This document shows positions 1-12,677 of a stretch of DNA of 64,000 nucleotides, piece by piece; within the stretch, counting starts at the first letter, position 1, and each line of letters begins with the position of its first letter. The DNA comes from Eledone cirrhosa (lineage: Eukaryota). A model generated the notes under the pieces. It was not told the DNA's origin, made no database searches, and worked only from the letters and a program-made list of their open reading frames with translations. Where the stretch lies: assembly GCA_964016885.1 (NCBI GenBank), contig OZ024742.1:59644001-59708000 (forward strand), given 5' to 3'. Position numbers and translations under genes: made by a program.

Positions 1-569
1 TTCTGCGACAAGAAAATCAACACGCACGCACCAACTAAACGAAAGTAGTTTTGAAATTTTTAACCACAGCAATAGAATTAGAAATCTATACCTTTGCTAA
101 CGTTACCGGTAACAGACGAACTTTAGATATAGGCATAGCATATATGAAACAACATATGTTTTGTAGAACGATATATAAATGCAATCGAAGAATAGGAGGA
201 ACAATGACTTCTCTTTGCATTCCTAAATGTGTCTGTAACTACTTTGTCTTCTCAAAAGATATTTTGGAAATAACACAGGCCAACACAATGAGAAAGACTT
301 CTTCTAACGGGCAGACAAACTTATATGGAACTATATGTAATATGCTTGAGATTGAATATACAGGCTAGAGACAAGCTAGGCAAGTGTGTCAAGTGCCTGT
401 TGATTGGCTAATCCTGATGTATATGGAACTAAGAAATGCAAGAATCACTGTAAAAGATATCAAAAATGGCCTTCATAACATAGCTCGTTCTTGTTGGCTA
501 ACAATTAACAGTTGGGTCTCTATGGCCATGCAAGTCAAACCCGATATAAATCTATTTACCTTTCTTTTA

Positions 570-725
570 TCATTGGTTACTAATTCAGGCACAATACCAG
601 CAATTATGGTACTTTATAGGTAGAAAGGCAAAGTAAAATTCGACAGGATTTGTACTCAGAAGGAAAATCGTCCGAAGAAATGCACCAAAATATAGCGTCC
701 TCCACTCTAATCATTTTGCCCTCCA
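570..725 (-). mobile_element. Degenerate tRNA-derived SINE fragment
   Basis: gaaaggcaaagt...ggatttgtactcaga resembles the reverse complement of the central and B-box region of the SINE at 17368-17760. Confidence 0.4.
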
Positions 726-1709
726 TTAAGATATTTCTGATTATCACAAAAACAAATATTGGCGTGTAATTCTGATAGAGAAAGAGTATGAACTACTTTT
801 TTTATAATCTCAAAAACATAATTCTTATATAATTTTGATAGTATGAAACAGGGCAATTGTATACCTGTATTTTAAAAAATATTGTAAATGAATATATTTC
901 TAATAAATCAGTTTATAATATGAATGTAATCGACACTGACTATTTGCAACACAATTGCAAAGTTGAAAAAGCGATTATGTTGAAGATTTTTATTGGCCAG
1001 TTTATTCTCTTAAAATATTGAAAATAAAAGACCATGATTAGCTTAGTGTGATTATGAAATGCGAACCAGTGACAATTGTTTATACTGTAGAAATATTATC
1101 TCATTCAGGTAATATTTTGTTCTAATGGACAATTTTGTATGATATATATTTTTCAATTTCTCTAATGCATTTAACATGGTGTGTTCAATTATCACGTATG
1201 TGTTTTCCGGACATATTCATGTTAATAGTTTTCATGTCTTATTTAACATTTCATATAGTCTGCTACGGAAACCCCGTTTTACTTGCTTTTTTTATTAGTA
1301 ATTTTGCCGCTAACTTTTTCCGTTTTTCTTATTCCTTTATTTATAACTTTTACTTATAAATCCTATCTTGCAATACTTTTATCGATGTCTGATGGACTAA
1401 ATGAGCAGGAACTTATTTTCTACGGCGATTTCCTTTCAAGATAGATCTATATTTTCATAACTGTGAGAGTATTTTGACGTGCATGACTTATATATGTTTT
1501 AGATATTTCACAAGCTTTCCTGGTTTCATCAGCACACTTCAAAAACATACAATTTCTGACTGTATTTTAGATGTCTTATATTTATATGATATATTACCTA
1601 ATCGTGAGTTCGAAGGCAGCATGTTATAAAGAAATCTTGAATATAATGAACTATTCTTCGTGTGATTAGTTGAGACAATTTTAGTTTTAATTCTTTAACA
1701 TAGTAGGTG

Positions 1710-1769
1710 TATATATATATATACAAATATATATATATATATAAATATATATATATATTTATATATATC

Positions 1770-1817
<48 letters not shown>
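1710..1817. repeat. (TA)n microsatellite, representative of dozens in the window
   Basis: Direct reading. Other long (TA)n tracts near 4350, 6040, 6690, 7910, 12635, 14900, 23695, 26390, 28110, 35680, 35980, 39685, 43590, 46980, 51190-51392, 54330-54750, 60000 and 61285. Confidence 0.98.
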
Positions 1818-1985
1818 CGAAGGAAATGTGGTAAGGAACCAAATGGACCATAACGCACCAAAGTACTCAATACTTAGGGTAGTAGCGTGGGTAATAGGAA
1901 CGAGTAGGACCCCAACGGCTGATCTTAGTCCAGAATTAGCCGTCGAAACGGCTTGAGCTCAGCCGTCGGGGTCCTACTCGTTCCT
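1817..1985. mobile_element. Fold-back PLE pseudo-LTR fragment with the 3' half of an HHR
   Basis: Inverted arms taggaacgagtaggaccccaacggctga / tcagccgtcggggtcctactcgttccta. Contains GAAA-cggct..agccg-TC. Bounded by (TA)n. Homologues at 35536-35665, 39624-39683, 44137-44347 and 60082-60217. Confidence 0.7.
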
Positions 1986-2029
1986 ATATATATATATATA
2001 TATATATATTCTGCTTAAACCTTTCCTAA

Positions 2030-3524
2030 AACATATAAAAAGCTTCATAAGGGATGACCTTGACATGCTCAACCACCTCCCAACAACACTCTATAACGAA
2101 CATACCCTACTAGTAACCATTGATGTCATCAATTTATATTCAAATATCCCACACAACCTAGGTATAGAGGCAATACAATTCTGGATGGAAAATTTCCCTA
2201 GTGAACTTCCACAGCGCATCCCAAAAGAATTTGTGTTGGAGGGACTCAAATTCATCTTGGAAAACAATTTCTTCGAATTCAATGCCAAATACTACAGACA
2301 TCAATCTGGGACAGCCATGGGCACGAAAGTGGCCCCCTCATACGCCAACCTTGTCATGGGATATTTGGAAACCATTCTCTACCGCAAATTTCTAGACAAA
2401 TACGGCAAGCACTTCTACCAACACATAGAAAAGAACTGGAAGAGATATCTGGACGCCTGCTTCATACTCTGGCATGAAAGTATAGATAGACTATTTGAGT
2501 TTAAAACCCTTCTGAATGGACTCAACACAAACTTACAATTCACAATGGATTACAGCTATGAACAACTCCCTTTCCTCGACATCCTAATCAAGAAAACAAG
2601 CAACAAAATAGAAACAGACATATACTACAAACCCAAAGACTCCAAACAATACCTTCCATTCAACTCGTGCCACTCTAGACACACCAAACTGGCAATTACT
2701 TATAACCTAGCCAGAAGGATCTGCACAATACTTTCAGATAAATACACATGCTACACACGACTAGAAGAATAAAAAAAAACACACTTATTAGCAGAAACTA
2801 CCCACCATCCCTAATCACCAATGGATTCCAACGTGCCCTAAAACTAGACATCCAGGAACTCAGACACCCCAAACCCAAGAATGAACCGCAACAAAAAACT
2901 ATGCCATACATCTCCACACACAACCCCCTCAATAATGAGGCATTCGACACCATCCTCCAGAACATTCCTTTACTAAAAAGAGACCCAAGAATGAACAAAA
3001 TCCTCCAAACACACAACACAATAAAGAGCAAAAGACAACCCAAATCCATAAAAAACATCCTCACACAAGCCAAAATCCAACAAAACCTCACAATGAAACC
3101 TACCGTAACAAAATACGGAAGGCCCAACTGTGGCATATGCATCAATCTAATAGAAGGTTCAACATTCCATTTTAAACAAGGACAGCGTTTCACAGTTAAA
3201 CACAACTTTACATGTGCATCTGAAAATCTTATCTATGTTTTGACCTGCTCAGGTTGTCAAGAGCACTACATAGGACAGACAACAAACAGCCTCCGTCAAC
3301 GTATGACCGTCCATAAATCACAAATTAAAATACAGGAATACAGAAAGATTGCATTTAGTGAACATATCGCCAATTGTGCTCACAACCAACATCCAAACTT
3401 TAAAATTTTCCCCATTTACAAATTCATAGACAACACTACTTTCATCCAACGAACCAATAAGGAAACATATTTCATTAATACATTTCAACCCCTACTTAAT
3501 GCTCTAAAAATCGGACCAATCTAA
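2030..3524 (+). pseudogene. 5'-truncated Neptune-type Penelope-like element, RT plus C-terminal GIY-YIG endonuclease
   Basis: PLE RT motifs DVINLYSNIPH, GTAMGTKVAPSYANLVMG and WKRYLDA (second catalytic Asp lost), thumb IYYKPKDSKQYL. Cys linker RPNCGIC. EN NLIYVLTC..C...YIGQT...RM..H. Frameshift in the A-run near 2770. Confidence 0.92.
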
Positions 3525-3817
3525 AACTGCAACAAACAATCAAACATTTACAAGAGTTACCTCCCTCACACCCTACCTAATCCTTTTTCTTAAATAAATT
3601 AAATATCATCCAGCAAAATTGCTTCCCCCTGCATATTAACTCTCTAAAAAGGGAAATCATATCAAACCACATTCCACCATTTGCCTCCATCACGGAATCA
3701 TGGATCAACTAAGTACTCTTGCTATATTAACATATTTTGATCTGCTTAACTTCAATGACTTTGGTTGTAAATAACATTATTTTTTCTTCCACATTGACTT
3801 TTTATGTTATACATTAT

Positions 3818-4345
3818 GCATTATAATAAATGTTCGGTGAATCCATACGTGCATATATATATGTGTGCATGTATGTATATATATATATACATACTACTGT
3901 ACGTCGGTACATACTTATATTTAAGTAACAGCCGTACTAAGAGTGGGAAATGAAATATCGTTTCATTTTTTCCGTTTATCGTTTTCGATGCACCCGGGCG
4001 ATTAACCCACTCGATATGCAAATTGGGCCACTCAGCCGTTAATATGCATAAGGTAAGTATATACGTTCAACAATCTGGCAGGAAGGTATACTTTGCTGAC
4101 GATAGCTAACAAGCTTGTAACTAGTACAGCGTTCCTTTGTCAGTGTCGAACAAACGAGAAACGGTGGTTGCTAGACACTACGGCTTAATACGGGATGTTT
4201 GTTTACAAACACACCGAGCATTATAATAAATGTTCGGTGAATCCATACATGCATATATATATGTGTGCATGTATGTATATATATATATACATACTACTGT
4301 ACGTCGGTATACATATACGTATGTACGTGTACATACTTATATTTA
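3818..4345 (+). repeat. HHR-bearing tandem unit (family R), ~1.3 copies, period ~400 bp
   Basis: gcattataataaatgttcggtgaatccatac recurs at ~3818 and ~4218. HHR at 4090-4132 has GAAA mutated to GTAA. Confidence 0.85.
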
Positions 4346-4400
<55 letters not shown>

Positions 4401-4403
<3 letters not shown>

Positions 4404-5362
4404 CCTTCTTCCTCCCGTTAGACCTGTGCGAAATTCCTTCCTTGCTCACATTTCAAACAGGTTTGATGGTCTTTATTCTCTCGTTCACGATTTCACCGAA
4501 CTTACATTCATAGAAATCTGGGACTTGTCTCCTTCTTCCTCTCTTTCTGTTGCTTCACCATGTTGTTTGTTTACCCTCGCGTCCCCTTTATTTACGTGTC
4601 CCAACGACTTTTTTTAGCCGTTGCTCGCACCAACCGGAGGTATATGGTCTTTAAAGCGATGAAATGCCTATGATGGTTGGAAGATCACTGATGAAGGACA
4701 AACTTTTTTCATATGTAACCCATTTGCAATTCCGCAGCGCCCTTATTATCAGATTTACACATATTTTTTCCTCTGCTGCTACACCGTCTTTTTCGTTCTA
4801 TGTATCTTTACCCTTTCTAGCAGTCTCTCTCTCTGTTAGCCTCTTCCTCACCCTTCACTCACTCATTCTCTGTCACTACCTCTCCTCCTCCTCTTTCTTC
4901 CCGTTTGACCTGTAAGTAATTCTTTTTTCTCACATTCTCGGCCAAGCTGGTCGGAATTTTTTCTCTCTCGTCTATGATTTCACAGAACTTATGTTTACCG
5001 AATTCGCAGACCAGACCCCTTCTTCCTCCCGTTAGACCTGTGCAAAATTCCTTCCTTGCTCACATTTCAACCAGGTTTGATGGTCTTTATTCTCTCGTTC
5101 ACGATTTCACCGAACTTAAATTCATAGAAATCTGGGACTTGTCTCCTTCTTCCTCACTTTTGTTGCTTCACCATTTTGTTTGTTTACCCTCGCGTACCCT
5201 TTATTTACGTGTCCCAACGACTTTTTTAGCCGTTGCTCGCACCAACCGGAGGTATATGGTCTTTAAAGCGATGAAATACCTATGATGGTTGGAAGATCAC
5301 TGATGAAGGACAAACTTTTTTCATATGTAACCCATTTTCCACCCGCAGCGCCCTTATTATCA
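4401..5362 (+). repeat. Partial tandem repeat (~615 bp period), TA-flanked, probably PLE pseudo-LTR derived
   Basis: cccttcttcctcccgttagacctg at ~4403 and ~5017. Both copies carry cactgatgaaggac...catatgtaaccc. Diverged relative at 19340-20012. Confidence 0.75.
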
Positions 5363-5387
5363 TATATATATATATATATATATATAT

Positions 5388-6033
5388 TACGCCGTACAAA
5401 CAAACCTAGCATTATAATAGATGTTCGATAAACCGATACGTGCATATATATGTGTGCATGTATGTATATATATACATACTACTGTACGTCTGTATACATA
5501 TATGTATGTACGTATACATACATACATACTTACATTTAAGTAAGTGCCGTACTAACAGTGAGAAATAAAATTTCGTTTCATTCTATTCCATTTATCGTTT
5601 TAGGTGCGCCCGGCCGACTAAACTCACTCGATATGCAAATTAGACTACTCAGCCGTTAATATGCATAAGGAAAGTATATACTTTCAGACGTTCAACCATC
5701 TGGCAGGAAGGTATACGATGCTGACGATAGCTAATAAGCTTGAAACTAGTACATCGTCTCTGTGTCAGTGTTGAACAAAAAGGTGATGTGGTTCCCTAAA
5801 CACTGTACGGCGTAATTCGGGCTGTTTGTTTGTTTACAAACAAACCGAGCATTATAATAAATGTTCGGTAAACCGATACGTGCATATATATATGTGTGCA
5901 TGTATGTATATAAATGTACAAACTACTGTACGTCTGTATACATATATATATGTACGTATACATACATACATACTTACATTTAAGTAAGTGCCGTACTAAG
6001 AGTGAGAAATGAAATTTCGTTTCATTCTATTCC

Positions 6034-6038
<5 letters not shown>
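5388..6038 (+). repeat. Family R tandem unit, ~1.5 copies, period ~440 bp (variant subfamily)
   Basis: gcattataata recurs at ~5409 and ~5848. Ends in ..ccattta(TA)n. Confidence 0.85.
5715..5757 (+). ncRNA. Minimal type I hammerhead ribozyme
   Basis: acgatg-CTGACGA-t-agct-aata-agct-t-GAAA-ctag-TA-catcgt. Perfect 6-bp stem I and palindromic stem III, as in PLE-type minimal HHRs. Confidence 0.85.
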
Positions 6039-6087
<49 letters not shown>

Positions 6088-6088
<1 letters not shown>

Positions 6089-6680
6089 AACGGAAAAAAT
6101 GAAACGAAATTTCATTTCCCACTCTTAGTACGGCTGTTACTTAAATATAAGTATGTACACGTACATACATATATGTAGTATGTATATATACATACATGCA
6201 CACATATACATATATGTACGTATAGATTCATCGAACATTTATTATAATGCTCGGTGTGTTTGTAAACAGACATCCCGTATTAAGCCGTAGTGTCTAGCAA
6301 CCATCGTTGCTCGTTTGTACAACACTGACAAAGGAACGATGTACTAGTTTCAAGCTTATTAGCTATCGTCAGCAACGTATACCTTCCTGCCAGATTGTTG
6401 AACTTATATACTTACCTTATGCATATTAACGGCTGAGTAGCCCAATTTGCATATCGAGTGGGTTAATCGGCCGGGTGCACTGAAAACGATAAACGGAAAA
6501 AATGAAACGAAATTTCATTTCCCACTCTTAGTACGGCTGTTACTTAAATATAAGTATGTACACGTACATACATATATGTATACAGCCGTACAGTAGTATG
6601 TATATATATATACATACATGCACACCTATACATATATGTACGTATGGATTCACCAAACATTTATTATAATGCTCGGTGTG
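6088..6680 (-). repeat. Family R tandem unit, ~1.5 copies, tail-to-tail with 5388-6038
   Basis: aaacggaaaaaatgaaacg at 6088 and 6491. HHR on the minus strand at 6336-6378. Confidence 0.88.
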
Positions 6681-6728
<48 letters not shown>

Positions 6729-6732
<4 letters not shown>

Positions 6733-7586
6733 TATGCAAGAAATTCTTAGGGTTATCCTGAATGCAGTAATGGTTAATCACTACACTAGATAGAGTTGAC
6801 GTACGGTGAGGGGTTACTCAACGAGTTATGGAAGAATAGTTGAAGAAACTCAGTTTCTGATCCTTCTGTATTCCGGAGTGTAGATACAGAATGAATAATA
6901 ACAGGTAGACATCATAAAAAGGTAATTTATTCCGAGTGCTTACAAATGTTTCAACAGTAGTTATACAGCCTAGTCATGCTATGTGCAAATTGGTAATTAT
7001 TAGTTTGCAACCTTGAACACTTTTATATCTAAAAATCCAAAAACAAATTACTAAATGACAGAATCGTACGATCGTTATACTGCAACCACAAACTGAAGGC
7101 TAAATTCTCTCACTATAAAATAACATAACATTCGAACCCGAGACTACAACATCGCTTTCTCGCTAACTAATTTCTCTCAATAACTACTTCCTAACTATAT
7201 GCCCGACACCCACACTACAAGCCAATACCCTGCTTATCATTATAAATGGACACTTGAGTGCGATTTGCAGACTACAACTATGAACTTGATGTATCCCTTT
7301 CTCGTAGCATTCGTCTGTCTCCTCTCTATCTCTCTTTCTTTCTCTCTCTCCCTTCCCCTCTCTCCCTCTCTCTCTCTCACCCTCGGTCTACCTCCCTCCC
7401 TCTCCACATCTATGAACCTGCTCTCTGTGGCAATAAATAATTCCAAACTTGACTATATCAACACAATACCTAAGGTTGTCACTTTGAGAGTAAACAGTAA
7501 AATAACACCCCTACTACAACATTTTGATTAAGCTATCTGTATTCTTCAAACCACTCTCTCCCATTTCTCCAACCCCTACATCTCTC

Positions 7587-7662
<76 letters not shown>

Positions 7663-7906
7663 CCTTTCCCCTTCTTTCTCTCTTCCTTTTCTACTCTATC
7701 TTCCCCAATAACTTCCTTTAAGAAATACAAGGGTATTTACATTTTAACCATTCTGCTCTGAGGAAACGGTAGAAGCCGCATTTGAAAATTGAGTTTCTGC
7801 AAACTAATAATTACCAATTTGCACATAGCATGACTAGGCTATATAACTATTGTTGAAACATTTGTAAGCACTCGGAATAAATTACCTATTTATGATGTCT
7901 ACCTGT

Positions 7907-7912
<6 letters not shown>
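6729..7912 (+). mobile_element. PLE-derived non-coding element with inverted 5' pseudo-LTR
   Basis: ~115 bp inverted repeat (6894-7009 vs 7798-7911). (TA)n at both ends. Carries an HHR. Confidence 0.7.
7754..7870 (+). ncRNA. Type I HHR with ~90 nt stem II insertion
   Basis: tgct-CTGAGGA-aac...gtt-GAAA-ca-tt-tg-TA-agca, followed by aataaa. Confidence 0.6.
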
Positions 7913-7978
<66 letters not shown>

Positions 7979-8399
7979 CCTATTTATGATATCTACCTGT
8001 TATTATATATGTGTTGGTTAATTGCCCACACTTCCGTATGGAGGGCAGAGCGAGCACTCAACGAAGTGCGCAGGTGGGTATGTTTACTCCGAGGTAATTT
8101 AAAAACAAGAAGTGTAAGTCAACAGGTTAAAACTGATTCGTTTAATCATATTCGCTGTTATATATATTTCCTTGATAACCATTATACAATAGCAATGACA
8201 TCATCAGACAGTTAGAATTTGAACAGAAAAAAATAACGATGGTATAAGGTTTACTTCTGTTATTTTGAATTTTTGATATGCTCAGTGCTGACGTTTGGTG
8301 CTGTTTTCTCAAAGCACTTGTTGCATATATGTTTTCTCAAAGCACTGGTTTTGTGGGTAGTGAGGTTGCGTTAGAATTTCGGCAATCTGCTGATTTTGT

Positions 8400-9050
8400 T
8401 GATGAAGTTGTTTTTATGTTGCGAAGTTAACTCTGTCAACAGAAATCCATCCAAGTGTTATTGATGTGCACTTCAATCTAGGATACAGCTATGTCTATCA
8501 ATTCTGTATATAGTTCATCGTTGCTAAGGTATTCGTATGCCTAGCTGTTGTATGTGTCTATAGAGTTGACGCAGAACTCTTTTCCTTCATAGCTTTATCG
8601 GGAGGGAGGTTTACGGTGTCATTCCCTCGAATATTTTTAAGAATGAAACATTGTTCCCTTGAGAGGTTAGAGAATATCTTCTTTTGTCTATATGTTAAAA
8701 ATAGACTGCTTAAATCTGGAGGGTTTGAAGTCAAGCTCTCGGTTGGCAGGTGATGGAGAGAGTGGGTGTTCGAGATTGTTTGTTGGAACTTTAGTGGTGT
8801 TCATTGCAGCAATGCTGGTGTTGCCAGCAAAAACTGACTTCAAGATTTAGTTTTATCCTTACATCCAATCCCTGAGTCATTCTGAATTTTGTGCCAAGTC
8901 TCTCGTGTGTAAGGTCTTCGTGTAACAGCGATTATGTCAAGTCTGTGACGAGAGTGGTGGTATTGTTCGAGGTATCGGATAAACGAGACGAAAGAAACAC
9001 ACTTGAAAAATAATAGACCAGAGTAATGAGGCACCGCCAGATTTAACATG
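8400..9050 (-). pseudogene. Highly decayed N-terminal part of a PLE RT ORF
   Basis: Minus-strand translation SNLSREQCFILKNIRGNDTVNLPPDK...YEYLSNDELYTEL resembles the PLE NLS..E...L..L..N....I.PADKG region. Confidence 0.5.
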
Positions 9051-10317
9051 GAATAAAGAAAATATATAGCTGTATGCTAATGCTTTCAATCAATCACATA
9101 CCAGTCCTTAAATTCTATAAGAGGGCGGAGAAATGCGAAGTTTAAAGAAGAGGTAAGCCTTATGGACGAAAAGTCTGCGGTGCGAAATATGTATACAATC
9201 ATTACAACGATAACTGCTTGAAGAAAGATTTGATCTATTGCGGAAGTAGAGAGGCTGAGAGAGTGAAATAAATGGTAGGGGCTCACAGTGTCTCACGCTC
9301 TATATTCCAACCTTTATTTGTGTCTAAATCTGCTTCGTCTTTTGTCACTTCCTGTTCCTTTCAAGTAGTATCCTTCATAATGATGAGGCGCACCTCTTGT
9401 CACATTCCTGTCTTCTGCTCAAAGACATCATTGACGTTCCATTCGATGACAATGACGATGACAATATGGTGTTGTTCCCCGTGGTAGGTTTATTGTTATT
9501 TGCATATTATAGTTTGTCATTTGTCTGTTGTGAAATGTGTACAATATATAATGATATATTTGCGCTAGATTGTAATATACGTGCGGTAATATGTGCCATA
9601 CTTTTGTGCTATTTATGCAGTTATGTGCGATTGCTACATTTTGCGATATATATGCTAGATGTTCAATTGTTTGTGATAGATATAATGTTATGTGTTTAAT
9701 TTAACACGCAATATATGTTCATGTATACTGCAATAGGTGGGGGAATATATGGCATATGTTTTTTTATAGTTTGTAGTGTATGTATTGTACAACGTGCTAA
9801 AGTGTGTGATATAGATGTGCTGTTGTGCGAGACTGTTATATGTGCTAAAGTTTTTAATTTGAAAATAGGGAATTTGTGTGAGATAAATTAGATCTCAATG
9901 CTGTATGCTATGCCAACAACATTACTCTAATTCAAAACAGGTGAGCACAGAATAACTGTGGCTCTAATTTCCTATCAATATCACTACCAATAACAACAAA
10001 CATAAAGTAAAAGAAATCTCTCTCTCTCATCACTACTACATCATCTCCGTTTACATTAGCTATACTATGCATCATTAGTCATAAACTTGAATTAAATCAC
10101 CTCTCTCAAAAACCAAACCAATCTAATAATGTTTTGCTTCAAGAAAAAAAAAAGATTTCTTTGAAGCTTGCTACATTTTTTTTTATTTCACTTCCTTTAC
10201 GGATGCAAAGTGGAAGATGTTTGTGAATAAAGAGGTTTGCGAATAAAGAAGAACAAATCGAAAAACAATAACAAGAACAAATACAAAAAGAAACAAAACA
10301 AAATAATAATGGCTTCA

Positions 10318-10556
10318 AAACTTGGCACAAGGCCAGCAATGTTGAGGACGAGAGAGAAGTTAAGAATATCAACCCAGTAAATTACTAATACCTTATTTTA
10401 TCGATCTCGGGAGACTCTAATGATACAGCCCATACACCAGACAAAATAATAATAATAATAATAGTTTCAGATTTAGGCACAAGGCCAGCAATTTTGGAAG
10501 AGGGGAAAGTCAGTTAAATTGACCCCAGTGCATTACTGGTGCTTTGTTTTATCCTC
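10318..10556 (-). mobile_element. Two SINE 3' fragments
   Basis: ggcacaaggccagcaat...gaccccagt..actggt..ttttatc matches the reverse complement of the SINE tail at 17490-17545. Confidence 0.75.
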
Positions 10557-12633
10557 GGCTCGAAATTTCTCCTGAACAGACTGCTCAGTCCGAATTTAGT
10601 GATGCTCAGAACGTCTCCAAGAGCGTCATTGCATATGCCGACCACAAATATTCTATAGAAATCTAGAATGGAATTTTCACTGAACGCATTGCCCGACTGG
10701 TAGAGGGAAGTGAGCGTCTGACTACATTCCTGGCGCCCAGTCTCGATCTCATTTTTTAGCCAAGACTGCAGGTCAGTCAAACAGACGAGCTGCGGAAACA
10801 ACACTCTCGCAAATGGTGACTAAATCTGTTCACCATTTAGGAATATTTGAAGATGCTGTAGCCTTAGCGCACATTTGCGCATCATCAGCCACGACATGTC
10901 CAGCACTCTGCGTAGAGGATGCTGGCAGCAGATGGTCTGCCTCACCAATGGAACCTGTCACTTCCACAAGAAGTGACAGGTTCCATTGGTGATGTGCCAA
11001 CTGAGATAAGGCATGACGGTCAGTTGGTAATAGATGACAGAGGCAATGTACAGCTTACCTCTCTCCGCACGATATTTCGGGCATAGTTTCCTCTCGACCC
11101 TCCTCTGGGTTAGAGTTCTTATCTACTCGGATTTCTGGTCCAACACGGACCCGGAGATACTTCACCTGACCATCCGTCCAGCATCCGACGATGCTGTGGG
11201 ACGGTATGGATTTGCTTCTCCATGCGTCATGCTGCAATCCTACCGACTTTTCTGGGTTTCAGTTTTCCTCGCGTCAACTTTTCATATACATCTAAGAAGG
11301 TGCCGACCGTCTCGATTTCCGAGGTGTTCGACACCATCACGGTGATGTCGTCCTCATATGCCGACACAGCCCTTCCACCTCCCGGTTCGAGAAGGATGCC
11401 ATGCTACAGCCCTAGCTTCCGATGAAAATGCTTGAGAGTCAATACGTACAGATGGATGGAGAGAGGGAACCCTTGATGGACCGATCACATGATCTGAAAC
11501 AGTTATGAAAGGTGGACATTTAGTTTGCCCACCGAGCAGATGCGATTGTGCATGCAGTGATCCAGCCTCGACAGACGGGACCGAAGCCATCTGCTTTGAG
11601 AGCAGGCTCCAGGTATCGATGATTCACCCTACCGAAATCCTTTGATTTTTCTAAATCAATAATATACCCACCAAAGCCAGGTTTACTCCTTAGTGATGCG
11701 ATAGAGAGCTATGATGTATCGCAGGAGGTGGAGGTTGCACAAGGTCGGGATTGCGTAAATTTGCCAAACTCTTCGCTAACATCTTGGCTAAAATCGTAAA
11801 CTCTATGTTTATCAGAGATTTTGGCCTGTAATTGTCTAATGTGACCCTCATGTTCTAGTCTTTTCTCATCCTGTTCTGCTTCCAGTTGCAATACACCATT
11901 TAGAGGAGATCGGAGAACAAGTCTGGTATTTTTACGTAAAACTCGTAGAATAGACCATCCAAACCGTGTGACATGAGACTCGTGCAACTGATAAGGGCAT
12001 CCTGAAACTTGGCCGATGTCATCGGCTATTGGCAGCACTTAGCATCGGCCTGGTGGAGTCATAGGAAACTGTCGAGGTAGGATCTGAATTCCGCCGCCGT
12101 CTTCGTCCGCCCTAACACCCCGAGGAGTCTAGCAAAGTGATGGCGAAAGGCCGCACACATCTGCCTGGAATCGTTCAGAATACGAAAGTCTTGGTCCACC
12201 AAAGACCGAATAGTAGATTTGTTACCATGCTACGCCTCCGCCGCTTGGGCCCGTTGAACAGCTTTCGTTCCCCCGTTTCGTAGAGCACGCGCCTTAGCTC
12301 TGACAACCTTCGTGTTGCGCATTGAAGAAACGCTCTAATGCCATTCTCGCCGCTAGCACGTTAGTTGCACTGCCACTTCTAATCGCCCACCTTTCTATAT
12401 ATTTCAAACACTACTTCTTTACTTAAACCTATTGAAAATATTCTAATCTCTCTTGAGATCACACAACCACCTGGTTTTGACGACCTCCCTTTCAGCTTAC
12501 ACTTAACTAATGTGATGACCCGTTCCCTGTAGGCTTGTGTGTCGGGAATGACATTTTCAGCTTCCAGTAACCAGGTCCCTATACTATCCTTAACTATTGA
12601 CTCCATAAAAAAAAATATATAGTTTTTTTTATC

Positions 12634-12677
<44 letters not shown>

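Noticed and set aside
4667-4697. ATGA..AA..TGA hairpin resembling a SECIS or box C/D k-turn, and an alternative type II HHR reading
   Set aside because: Helix too short for a SECIS, no UGA-containing ORF upstream, and the pairing is not conserved in the 19920-19960 relative
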